Shown piece after piece: positions 8,828 through 17,552 of a DNA stretch of 32,000 bases (positions are counted from its first letter, which is position 1; each line of letters opens with the position of its first letter). A program made the translations under genes and the position numbers. The stretch comes from Promethearchaeota archaeon (lineage in GTDB: Archaea; Asgardarchaeota; Lokiarchaeia; Sigyniarchaeales; SOKP01), in NCBI GenBank assembly GCA_030606485.1, contig JAUWGH010000001.1, positions 720,001 through 752,000 of the forward strand. The letters are read 5' to 3'. The notes under the pieces were generated by a model that saw only the letters and a list, made by a program, of their open reading frames with translations, did no database searches and had not been told where the DNA came from.

Positions 8828-10003
8828 ATGGAAATTGCATATTTTGATTGTTTCTCAGGCATCAGCGGCGATATGATACTCGGGTCCTTAATTGATTTGG
8901 GTTTGGATATTGAATATTTAAAAAACGAATTTAAAAAAATTAATCTCTCTGGATATGAAATAAATGCTGAAAAAATTAAAAAAAGGGATATTTCATGCAT
9001 AAAAGTAAATATTACTGTAAAGGATAAGCAAAAACATCGGAGTTTAAAAGAAATTAATGCTTTAATCGATAAGAGCGAATTAAATCCAGAAGTAAAGAAA
9101 AAAAGTAAAGATATATTTCTAAAACTCGCTAAAGCAGAGTCAAAAGTTCACAATATTGACATTGATAAAATCCACTTTCATGAAATTGGGGCGATTGATT
9201 CGATTTTAGATATTATAGGAGCCGTTATTGGTCTTGATAAACTTAATCTTAAAAAAATATATTGCTCTACTATTCCTGTTGGGAGAGGTTTTGTTAAATC
9301 AGCACATGGAAAATTACCAATCCCAGCACCAGCAACAAGTGAATTATTAAAAGGAATTCCAACATATTCTACTAAAGTTGAGGGGGAATTAACTACCCCA
9401 ACCGGTGCAGCAATAATTACTTCATTAACAAATAATTTCGGTGAAATGCCATTAATACAAATCGAAAAGATTGGATACGGGGCGGGTAAATCCGATTTTG
9501 ATCATCCAAATTTATTAAGAATTTTTGTTGGCGAGTCTTTAGAGAACTATGACACAGACGTTGTGAATGTGATTGAAGTCAATATTGATGATATGAATCC
9601 AGAATATTATGAAGTTGTTTTTGAAAAATTATTAAAAAATGGCGCTTTAGATGTCTATCTTACAAATATTCAAATGAAAAAAAATAGACCTGGAATAAAA
9701 CTTAGTATTATTACACCATTGGAAATTACTAATCAACTTACAGATATTATCTTTAATGAAACCACTACTTTTGGTATAAGAATTTATAAAACTCATAGAA
9801 AAAAATTGTTTGTTGAGAAGGTAAAAGTAAAAACAAAATATGGTGAAATAACCATTAAAATTGGAAAAACAAAAGATGAAATAAAATTAATATCTCCTGA
9901 ATATGAAGATTGTAAAAAATTGGCACAAGAGAACAATGTTTCTTTGAAGGAGATTTATGAATTAGCTAAATTAAGTTATTTCTCTAAAAAAAAGAAAATT
10001 TAA
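8828..10003 (+). CDS. larC: NPN cofactor nickel insertase LarC
   Basis: AYFDCFSGISGDM, HFHEIGAIDSILDI, GELTTPTGAA, GYGAG, NIDD, MKKNRPG, ETTTFGIR, PEYEDC. ATG 8828 follows AGGTGA; GTG 8819 is the alternative start. Confidence 0.93.
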   Translation: MEIAYFDCFSGISGDMILGSLIDLGLDIEYLKNEFKKINLSGYEINAEKIKKRDISCIKVNITVKDKQKHRSLKEINALIDKSELNPEVKKKSKDIFLKLAKAESKVHNIDIDKIHFHEIGAIDSILDIIGAVIGLDKLNLKKIYCSTIPVGRGFVKSAHGKLPIPAPATSELLKGIPTYSTKVEGELTTPTGAAIITSLTNNFGEMPLIQIEKIGYGAGKSDFDHPNLLRIFVGESLENYDTDVVNVIEVNIDDMNPEYYEVVFEKLLKNGALDVYLTNIQMKKNRPGIKLSIITPLEITNQLTDIIFNETTTFGIRIYKTHRKKLFVEKVKVKTKYGEITIKIGKTKDEIKLISPEYEDCKKLAQENNVSLKEIYELAKLSYFSKKKKI

Positions 10004-10059
10004 TCTCTGTCTGCTCTTTTTGTTGGACTTTATGAATTAGATATTTCTTAGATTTTGTC

Positions 10060-10221
10060 CTATCTAAACCGATATCTCGTTATGATTTTAGAAAGATTCC
10101 AAATCGTTTCTTCATCATTTTCTTTTATTGCTTGGTATAATTTCTTGAAAATATTCGATGCAATTGCACGATCTAAATCCTTCGAGATATCATCCTCAAT
10201 ATTCTTAATTGGTTCAACCAT
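10060..10221 (-). CDS. Small hypothetical helical protein, 53 aa
   Basis: Manual translation gives MVEPIKNIEDDISKDLDRAIASNIFKKLYQAIKENDEETIWNLSKIITRYRFR*. Composition is protein-like, and it explains the antisense + strand ORF 10055-10243. Below the ORF-track cutoff. Confidence 0.6.
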   Translation of the reverse strand: MVEPIKNIEDDISKDLDRAIASNIFKKLYQAIKENDEETIWNLSKIITRYRFR

Positions 10222-10370
10222 AACTTGGTTTGAACTATTTTAAATCAAAAAGATATATACCATCTCAATATTACTATGCATGAAAATTTAGGAATAAAAT
10301 TTCAAAATTATAAAGACGGTTTTAGGAGAATAGATTAGATTAAAATAATTAATTAATTCTATAAGCTTAT

Positions 10371-11810
10371 ATGGAGATTAAAATTAGGTTTGGATTTGCT
10401 ACACTTATTATTATTTTATTTCAATCTACATTAAAAATATCTGGAGTGATTCTAACAAATAGTTTAGCTTTATTATCCGAAACATTGGATACAATAACGG
10501 ATATAGGATTTGTTTCTTTGACGATTTATTGTTTATTCCATAGTTCAAAACCTCCTGATTACGAACATATGTATGGACATGCTAAAATTGAACCAATTGG
10601 AGCATTACTTCAAGGTATCATCTTAATAAATTTATATGGTTTATTGATCTTTTTCACAATTCAAATCTTTATTGAGGGAAGTTTTTTGCCTTCTAATCCA
10701 GATATCGGTTTAATTATAACAATCATTTCTTTCTCAGTGAATTTAATATTTTCTCGAATTCTTATTTGGCAGGGTAGACGTCGTATGAGTCTTATTTTAG
10801 AGATTCAGGGATTAAACTTGTTCCAAGACTCAATACGTTCAATTTTTATATTTGTAAATTTTTTATTTGTGATATTTGGTATCTTATTTACTGATCCATT
10901 ATTCAGTATCGCTCTTTCTCTCTGGATTATTTTAAGTGCTCTGAAATTATCCAAGAAGAGTATAAAAGAGATTTCAGATACAAATCCAATTAATTACCAA
11001 GATATAGAAGAAATACGCCTAAAAATTTTTAATTTAGAGCATGTTAAAGCTGTTGAAGATTTACGCATACGTTCAATCGGAAAGGAATTATTTTTAGAAG
11101 TTAGTCTATTAGTAGAAGATCATATTTCCCTTATTCACGCCCATGAAATAAATATTGCTATTAATGAAATGGCTAAAAATTTTTTTCCTAATTATGATTT
11201 GAAATGTATCATTGAAATGAATCCCGTCGCTGGGGAAGGATCATTAATCGAGAAGATCATAAACTTAGTACCTTCAATGATCTTAGAATTTCTCGGTATC
11301 ATCGATGTTAAAGATTATGCCCTTTTTACTTTAAAAGAAGAAAATTATCTTTCTATTACATTAGTTATTGATGATAAACTTACTCTCAATAAAGCTCATG
11401 AATTATCTTCAGAATTTGAAAAAGTACTAAAAAATCGTGTTCCATTTTTAACTAGAATTACAACCCATATTGAAGCTAAACCTCTGGTTAGACAATATTC
11501 TTTCATTCAAATTGCTCAGTTAGAAATAAACTCTCAGAAAATACAGGAAATAAAAGAATTAATCGAATCCATTTTAAAAGATTGTCCATATGTCAAAGGT
11601 TATCATGGATTTGAATTTTTTACCACTGGCCAAAATTATATACTAGAATTACATGTATTTTTTGAAGGATTATTGAATATTTCTCTTGTTCACGGTTATC
11701 TTACAAATCTAGAACAAAAAATCCGAAATAATATTAAAATTAAAAATCTTCAAGATATTATTCTCCATTCTGAGCCTCTAAGCGGACGAACGGATGGAAT
11801 AATTTTTTAA
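10371..11810 (+). CDS. Cation diffusion facilitator (CDF) transporter with three tandem C-terminal ZT_dimer domains
   Basis: SLALLSETLDTITD (TM2), KPPDYEHMYGHAKIE and NLFQD (TM5), followed by three repeats of the CTD pattern ending CIIEMNP, TTHIEA and ILHSEP. Confidence 0.87.
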   Translation: MEIKIRFGFATLIIILFQSTLKISGVILTNSLALLSETLDTITDIGFVSLTIYCLFHSSKPPDYEHMYGHAKIEPIGALLQGIILINLYGLLIFFTIQIFIEGSFLPSNPDIGLIITIISFSVNLIFSRILIWQGRRRMSLILEIQGLNLFQDSIRSIFIFVNFLFVIFGILFTDPLFSIALSLWIILSALKLSKKSIKEISDTNPINYQDIEEIRLKIFNLEHVKAVEDLRIRSIGKELFLEVSLLVEDHISLIHAHEINIAINEMAKNFFPNYDLKCIIEMNPVAGEGSLIEKIINLVPSMILEFLGIIDVKDYALFTLKEENYLSITLVIDDKLTLNKAHELSSEFEKVLKNRVPFLTRITTHIEAKPLVRQYSFIQIAQLEINSQKIQEIKELIESILKDCPYVKGYHGFEFFTTGQNYILELHVFFEGLLNISLVHGYLTNLEQKIRNNIKIKNLQDIILHSEPLSGRTDGIIF

Positions 11811-11843
11811 ATCTTATTTTAAAAAAAGATTTTATAGATTAAT

Positions 11844-12947
11844 TTAAAATGGAAATTTATATTGAATTAAACCTATTTCTTTTTGCATTATTTTGATATC
11901 TTGTTGAATGCTCTCATTAATTGGAATTCCTACTTTAACTCTCTCCTTTTCAGCTTCAAATTCTTTTTCTCCTGCTGTATAAATTCTTTCTTGACCCGGA
12001 ACCTTTTTTGCGCTTCTTAACCCTCTCATAATATTTCCAGCGGTTTTATTGAAGGTTTTTAAAGGAATAAAATTTTCGATATTAATTGCTAAAAAGAAAT
12101 GTCCGACTTTTAGAAATGTCTTTCCACCTTCTTCGATCCCAATTGTGTCTCTTAAATAAATTCCATCTTGTAGTGCAGCTGAAAGTATTTCTACTAATGT
12201 TGCATATCCATATCCCTTGTATCCACTAGTTTCTTCTCCCTTTCCACCTAAGGGCAATAAAGCCGCAGTTTTATTTGCTAGATCTTTTAATACTTTAGTT
12301 GCATCTGTTTCAGAATTCCCTTCACTATTAATCACCACACCTTCCGGAAGTGGTTTCTTAATTCTATCATATACCTCTACTTTGCCTCTTTGAACGATTG
12401 AAGTTGCGCAATCAATAAGGAATGGAAATTCTTCATCAGTTGGTGCACCAGCAGTTAATGGATTTGTACCTAACATAGGTTCTACTCCAAAAGTTGGGGG
12501 AATTGAAGGTCTAGCATTTGTAACAGCAATTCCAATCATGCCTTCTGCTATTGCCATTAGAGAATAATATCCAGCGATTCCAAAATGAGTAGAATTCCTA
12601 ACCGCTACTGCTCCGAGTCCATATTTTTTTGCCTTTTCTATAGCTAATTTCATAGCATTATAGGCAATAACATGACCCATTCCCACTCCTCCATCTATAA
12701 GAGCTGTTGTAGGACCATCTTTAATAATTTCAAACTCCGTTTTTGGATTATAAATTCCCAACTTTATCCGATCATAATACATCTTCATTCTTTGAATTCC
12801 ATGTGATTCAATTCCTCTTAAATCAGATGTTATCAACACATCTGCACAAATTTCTGCATCATCCTCAGGAACCCCTAACCCAATAAATACATCTTTCATA
12901 AAATTCTTGAGTGTGACTGCGTCGATATACTTAATATTATCTGTCAT
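11844..12947 (-). CDS. Ldh_2-family (type 2 malate/lactate/sulfolactate) NAD(P)-dependent oxidoreductase
   Basis: DLRGIESHG, RNSTHFGIAGYY, LGTNP, DCATS, YKGYG, GHFFLAI, RIYTAGEKE. Confidence 0.9.
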   Translation of the reverse strand: MTDNIKYIDAVTLKNFMKDVFIGLGVPEDDAEICADVLITSDLRGIESHGIQRMKMYYDRIKLGIYNPKTEFEIIKDGPTTALIDGGVGMGHVIAYNAMKLAIEKAKKYGLGAVAVRNSTHFGIAGYYSLMAIAEGMIGIAVTNARPSIPPTFGVEPMLGTNPLTAGAPTDEEFPFLIDCATSIVQRGKVEVYDRIKKPLPEGVVINSEGNSETDATKVLKDLANKTAALLPLGGKGEETSGYKGYGYATLVEILSAALQDGIYLRDTIGIEEGGKTFLKVGHFFLAINIENFIPLKTFNKTAGNIMRGLRSAKKVPGQERIYTAGEKEFEAEKERVKVGIPINESIQQDIKIMQKEIGLIQYKFPF

Positions 12948-12995
12948 AATAATCCACTTTCTTAAAAATCGTTATTAATTAAATTGATCGCCTTC

Positions 12996-13008
12996 AATAA
13001 AAAGGTTT
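12996..13008 (-). promoter_or_regulatory. BRE/TATA-like promoter element for the Ldh_2 gene
   Basis: Minus strand AAACCTTTTTATT about 49 nt upstream of the ATG; a similar motif sits before two other genes. Confidence 0.4.
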
Positions 13009-13044
13009 GATATTTTAAATTCTTTTTATAATAATAACAACACT

Positions 13045-14139
13045 TTAGGGCATCAGACGTGATTGAATAAGTTTAATTTTTGGCTTAAATTCAAATTTTT
13101 CATAATCAACAATAAATTCATTATCCATCTCACCATATTTCTTTATCGAATACAATAATATACCTATCTCTTGTTTTGTAATTACTGGAAATTTATAGTT
13201 AATTGCATTGTATTTAACTTCTTTATCTTGCTTCTTATATCTTTTAATAAATTCAATATGTTGTTGCAATCTATTCTCATTAATTAAATCAACTAATTTC
13301 TTAATTTTTTTGATATTTTGTTTAAATATTGCCATAAATTCTGAGTTAATCTCGTACCCTATTGAGTTTCTTGTTGAAATCATGGCAGCCAATGAAGTTG
13401 TTCCGGTTCCCCAAAATGGATCTAAAACAGTATCCCCATAAATAGAAAACATATTAATCAATCTATATGGAAGATCTATTGGAAATGCTGCTGATCGCTC
13501 TCGTAACTTTTTCTCATTATAATCATTGTTTAGACTTTGAGATACCCCTCTAATATCTACCCATAGATCTGAAAACCATTTATTCCTTTCTTCCCAGAAA
13601 TATGCACTATTATATCTATATTCCGACTTAGGTGGGATTTTTCTTTTATTTTCCCCCTTTCTAAGAATTAAAATATATTCATGTTCGAGAGTGATATAGG
13701 CGTTAGGGGGTAGCATTCCAGATCCTAAGAATTTTGTAGGACTATTTGTAGGTTTTTTCCACAGAATGCAAGGTAACTCAATAAATCCATTATTTTGAAA
13801 AAAATTGACTATTTTAACATGATTAGGAAATAGTTGGAAATTTCTGTTTATATTTCTTGTTGCATCTCCAATATTTATACAAGCGATCCCACCTAATTTT
13901 AAAACTCTTGCAGTTTCTTTCCAAACTTTATTTAATTCATAATGCATTAAGTTAAATGCTTTTTTACCTCTCTCTTCTTTTAATGCTTCTCCAATCTCTT
14001 CATTTAAGGATGAAAATAATGAATCCCACATTTCTATCATGGGATAAGGTGGAGAAGTTATTAATAAATCTACTGTGTCTGATTCTACTTCGCACATATC
14101 AGAAGAGTTTTTAAAAAATATTTTATGAGTAGTTTCCAT
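13045..14139 (-). CDS. Site-specific DNA methyltransferase (amino-MTase, beta class, probably N4-C)
   Basis: Motif IV TSPPY precedes motif I VLDPFWGTGTT; also IGYEIN. Confidence 0.9.
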   Translation of the reverse strand: METTHKIFFKNSSDMCEVESDTVDLLITSPPYPMIEMWDSLFSSLNEEIGEALKEERGKKAFNLMHYELNKVWKETARVLKLGGIACINIGDATRNINRNFQLFPNHVKIVNFFQNNGFIELPCILWKKPTNSPTKFLGSGMLPPNAYITLEHEYILILRKGENKRKIPPKSEYRYNSAYFWEERNKWFSDLWVDIRGVSQSLNNDYNEKKLRERSAAFPIDLPYRLINMFSIYGDTVLDPFWGTGTTSLAAMISTRNSIGYEINSEFMAIFKQNIKKIKKLVDLINENRLQQHIEFIKRYKKQDKEVKYNAINYKFPVITKQEIGILLYSIKKYGEMDNEFIVDYEKFEFKPKIKLIQSRLMP

Positions 14140-14237
14140 TATCGATTCTGAAGTTGAAAAGATTAAAATTTATTAATATAATTAAATTTCTTCCAATTAT
14201 TCATAAATAAATTTCTATTAAATTGTTATTATTATTA

Positions 14238-14561
14238 ATGTCCATTTTATTATCAGAAAAATCTAAAGAGTTTGTTAATAAAAATAATATTTCTTATTTA
14301 TTGATTGATATAATTTTTATTGAGGAACCTTGCACTCAAATTTATGACCCGAAAATAGAAATTATAAAAAACGATGATATAGAAAAATTTGAGAACCTCG
14401 AAAAGGTTTCTGGAAATAAAATTACCTTATACTTATCAAAGCAGTTTATTGAAATTTATGGAAAACTGAACGAATACCAATTGGATATTGGTGGATTTTT
14501 CAAAAAAGTGTTAATTCTTAAAAATATTGACCCAATTATTAAAAATACCTGTAAAATTTAA
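14238..14561 (+). CDS. Hypothetical protein, possibly HesB-like domain
   Basis: MSILLSEKSKEF N-terminus, EEPC...DPKI and a C-terminal beta-rich pattern resemble HesB-like proteins. ATG 14238 preferred over TTG 14223. Confidence 0.5.
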   Translation: MSILLSEKSKEFVNKNNISYLLIDIIFIEEPCTQIYDPKIEIIKNDDIEKFENLEKVSGNKITLYLSKQFIEIYGKLNEYQLDIGGFFKKVLILKNIDPIIKNTCKI

Positions 14562-14610
14562 TTGATAAGGAAAAATAAAATATTTAATAACAAGTAAGCA
14601 TCTTTAAAAA

Positions 14611-15249
14611 ATGCCAAAATATAATCCAAAAGAAGCAAGAGATGTAAAAGCGAGGAAACAAAAAAGAATCGCAGCTAGTAAAAAGAAAAGACATTTTAGG
14701 CAATTCATGCCATATATTCTTATAATTGGAGTAATTATTATTGTTGGGAGTATGGCAATTTACTTTTATTTATCTGACTATAATAACGGTGAAGATGGTG
14801 GCGAAAATGGTGGAAATGGGGATAATAATCAATATGAAACACCCATGACTTTCACAACAATTGATGAAGATACAATTAAATTAGCAGACAATCAAGGAAA
14901 AGTTATTATTCTATATTTCTTTGATTTAGATTGTCCTCCTTGTGGTCCACAAGCAGAGATTTTGGCAGAAATTGATAAGAATTATTCAAGCAGCCAATTA
15001 TTAATCATTCCTATTACGGTTCATTATTGGGATTCGACTAATGATTTAATTATTTGGAAACAAAATTATAATCAAAATTGGGATATTGTTCGTGATGATG
15101 CTTCTTATTCATACAGTACACCATTTAATATTGCTTATACACCTACTACGATTATTTTAGATCAAAATGGTAATATTGTAAAAAAAATGGTTGGTTCTGA
15201 ACAAGGAAGCTACGTTAATATTAAAGCAGAAATAGATTCATTATTATAA
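14611..15249 (+). CDS. Membrane-anchored TlpA/ResA-like thiol-disulfide oxidoreductase
   Basis: Basic N-terminus, a TM helix, a Gly/Asn linker, then GKVIILYFFDLDCPPC and the cis-Pro loop YTPT. Confidence 0.82.
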   Translation: MPKYNPKEARDVKARKQKRIAASKKKRHFRQFMPYILIIGVIIIVGSMAIYFYLSDYNNGEDGGENGGNGDNNQYETPMTFTTIDEDTIKLADNQGKVIILYFFDLDCPPCGPQAEILAEIDKNYSSSQLLIIPITVHYWDSTNDLIIWKQNYNQNWDIVRDDASYSYSTPFNIAYTPTTIILDQNGNIVKKMVGSEQGSYVNIKAEIDSLL

Positions 15250-15299
15250 ATTTAATGCAAATTAGAACTGCATATTAAAATTGTTTAATTATTAAAAAA

Positions 15300-16064
15300 A
15301 TGGTTGATTTTATTCTATTTTTTTTAGCTATTGGTGGAGGAATAGTTTCTTTTTTAACTCCTTGCAATATTGTAACATTACCATCTTTTATAAGTTTCCT
15401 TGGAAGTCAAGCAACTACAACTAAGAAGAGTACGTTAATGAGTCTAACTTTTTCATTAGGTTTCTGTTTGATGTTTGCAATAATTGCTGTATTATTCATA
15501 ATTATTACGGGATTTATTAGATATACATTATTATTAAAATTGTTTTCAGGCATTGTAATAATATGTTTATCAATATATCTTTTTTTTACAAAACAGATTA
15601 CTCGAAAAACTCCATTTTTTGAATCTTTTAAAAATTCAGAAGGTATAGAAAGCAATTCAAATTCATATATTGATGATGAAAATAATGAACCAATTGATGC
15701 ATCAACATTAGAAAATAAAACGATAAAATATAAAGGATATAGTGGGTCATTTATTCTTGGTTTTTCATTGGGGTCTGCATGGATTGGATGTATTACACCT
15801 ATTTATTTAGTAATTGTCACAATTGCTTCAAATCAAGAAGATTTTATTGGAGGATTAATTCTGTTTTTTCTTTACGCTTTAGGGATTATGATTCCTTATA
15901 TAATTATTGGAGCTACAATTGGGAAATTAAATCAAAGATTTTTCGTAAAATTAATTAAATTTGGCTCAAAACTTCAAAAAATATTTGCAATAATTTTGTT
16001 ATATATCGGAATTGAATTAACTTTATCAGCATTTGGGATTACTGGTTTATTACCGTTTATTTAA
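15300..16064 (+). CDS. ccdA: CcdA/DsbD transmembrane thiol reductant transporter
   Basis: GGGIVSFLTPC, the second Cys in WIGCITP, YALGIMIP, and about six TM segments. Adjacent to the TlpA-like gene. Confidence 0.85.
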   Translation: MVDFILFFLAIGGGIVSFLTPCNIVTLPSFISFLGSQATTTKKSTLMSLTFSLGFCLMFAIIAVLFIIITGFIRYTLLLKLFSGIVIICLSIYLFFTKQITRKTPFFESFKNSEGIESNSNSYIDDENNEPIDASTLENKTIKYKGYSGSFILGFSLGSAWIGCITPIYLVIVTIASNQEDFIGGLILFFLYALGIMIPYIIIGATIGKLNQRFFVKLIKFGSKLQKIFAIILLYIGIELTLSAFGITGLLPFI

Positions 16065-16088
16065 AATGAATAAAATTTTTAAATATTT

Positions 16089-16829
16089 TTATAATTCCAA
16101 AAGGTTTTCTAATTTCAACATAACATCAGATGCTTTTCCTTTTAATAAAATGTCTACAATTGTATATGTATATTTAGATGGTTCAATATTTATTTCGATA
16201 AATTTGGCTCCATTTTCTTTTGCGATATATGGAATGGAGGACGCAGGCATAATTTCTCCAGTAGTGCCTATTAAAATAAATAGATCTGCATTTTTTGCTG
16301 CCATTATTGAATCACTGTGAGTTTTTTGAGGAATTGGTTCTCCAAAAAACACAAAATCTGGCTTTAGTAAACCACCACAATCAGGACAATGTGGAGGTAA
16401 TTTCTTTATAAACTTATGACTTTTAAATGTTTTTTTACATTTAATACAAGTTAAGGTTTGTGCTGTTCCATGAAATTCTAAAACATTTTTACTCCCTGCT
16501 TCTTGATGTAAATTGTCTATATTTTGCGTAATTATCGTTTTGATCAATCCTTTTTTCTCCATTTTTGCAATTATATAATGAGCTTTATTCGGTTTTGCTT
16601 GTCCAAAAAAATCATAAAAGATCTCCTTAATTAAGGACCAAGATTTATACGGGTTTTTCAAAAAATAACTGGTTTCCAAAAAGATAGGATTATATTTACT
16701 CCATAATCCGTTTGCACCTCGAAATGGAGGTATTCCACTTTCAACAGAAATACCTGCTCCAGAAAAGACAACAACATATTTTGATTCTAAAATCCATTTA
16801 GTAGCAAGTTGATAAGTATCTTCTTTCAA
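16089..16829 (-). CDS. cobB: NAD-dependent protein deacylase (Sir2/CobB family)
   Basis: SGAGISVESGIPPFRG, TQNIDNLH, EFHG, Zn sites CIKC and CPDC, KPDFVFFGE, IGTTGEIMPA. Confidence 0.92.
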   Translation of the reverse strand: MKEDTYQLATKWILESKYVVVFSGAGISVESGIPPFRGANGLWSKYNPIFLETSYFLKNPYKSWSLIKEIFYDFFGQAKPNKAHYIIAKMEKKGLIKTIITQNIDNLHQEAGSKNVLEFHGTAQTLTCIKCKKTFKSHKFIKKLPPHCPDCGGLLKPDFVFFGEPIPQKTHSDSIMAAKNADLFILIGTTGEIMPASSIPYIAKENGAKFIEINIEPSKYTYTIVDILLKGKASDVMLKLENLLEL

Positions 16830-16940
16830 GTTGAAAAACTTTTTCCAATGGAGTTTATAATTTTTATTGATTAAATAATTGTTATTATTTTAAAAAAGAT
16901 ATAAATTAATTAATATCTTGAAAAAGTATCTAATAGAATT

Positions 16941-17153
16941 ATGAATGTGAAAAAAAATCTATGCCGTTGGTATAATGAGAGTTCCGCAATGAAACGTGCC
17001 TATGATAAAGGGTTAATTGATAAGAAATGGGTTGAAAATTATTGTTTGGTTGGTGGAAAAAATTGTGTTCGAAAAAAAAGATTTGAAGAAGAGGGATATA
17101 TATCACCTGATTATGTTCTTCCAGATGGGAGCGAGGATTCTAAATTAAAATAG
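16941..17153 (+). CDS. Small conserved-looking Cys-containing hypothetical protein
   Basis: C-R-W-Y...MKR...G...KKW...YC...CVR...G..PDYVLPDG pattern in 70 aa, with an ATG start. Confidence 0.7.
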   Translation: MNVKKNLCRWYNESSAMKRAYDKGLIDKKWVENYCLVGGKNCVRKKRFEEEGYISPDYVLPDGSEDSKLK

Positions 17154-17163
17154 TTTTCTAAGA

Positions 17164-17391
17164 TTAATTAATTGTTCCAGAGTATGTAAATGTATGATGG
17201 TTCATTTTAATATAATATCCTCGATCAGTTCCTATTACTTTTCCACAATTAGGGCATTTTATTTCTTTATTATTTAGTAGCACGTAATATTTTTGAATAC
17301 GGCTTTTATAACAACGATGGACATTTCCTTTTCCTAATTTCACGTATTTAATAATTTTCTCTTTACATTTAGCACATTTAATGATAATCAT
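17164..17391 (-). CDS. Small zinc-ribbon-like protein
   Basis: CAKC...KLGKG.VHRCY..RI...CPNCG: two CxxC pairs plus one extra Cys. Confidence 0.72.
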   Translation of the reverse strand: MIIIKCAKCKEKIIKYVKLGKGNVHRCYKSRIQKYYVLLNNKEIKCPNCGKVIGTDRGYYIKMNHHTFTYSGTIN

Positions 17392-17552
17392 TCTTCTTCT
17401 ATTCTTTCCCTCATTTATTTTTATGAGTATCCATCAAATTATTTATAGATTCAAAAGTATAAATACTCAATCCACTAATAGAAGGAAAGAGTTTTCTTAA
17501 ATTTGATATTTTCACTATTACTATTGCAATCATTATGATATCAACTAATAAA

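Noticed and set aside
13045-14139. Restriction-modification or defence island around the DNA methyltransferase
   Set aside because: No nuclease, specificity subunit, integrase or transposase neighbour, and no visible compositional break.
14238-14561. Selenoprotein or in-frame UGA readthrough (checked here and at TGA-ending genes)
   Set aside because: The candidate site is TGC (Cys). The TGA stops of larE, larB, the flavin reductase and the 3-hydroxyacyl-CoA dehydrogenase fall at natural C-termini.
17411-17533. 40-codon minus-strand ORF (MIAIVIVKISNLRKLFPS...) and an imperfect inverted repeat TCTTTCCCTC/GAAGGAAAGA
   Set aside because: No recognisable motif, and both are of a size expected by chance in AT-rich DNA.
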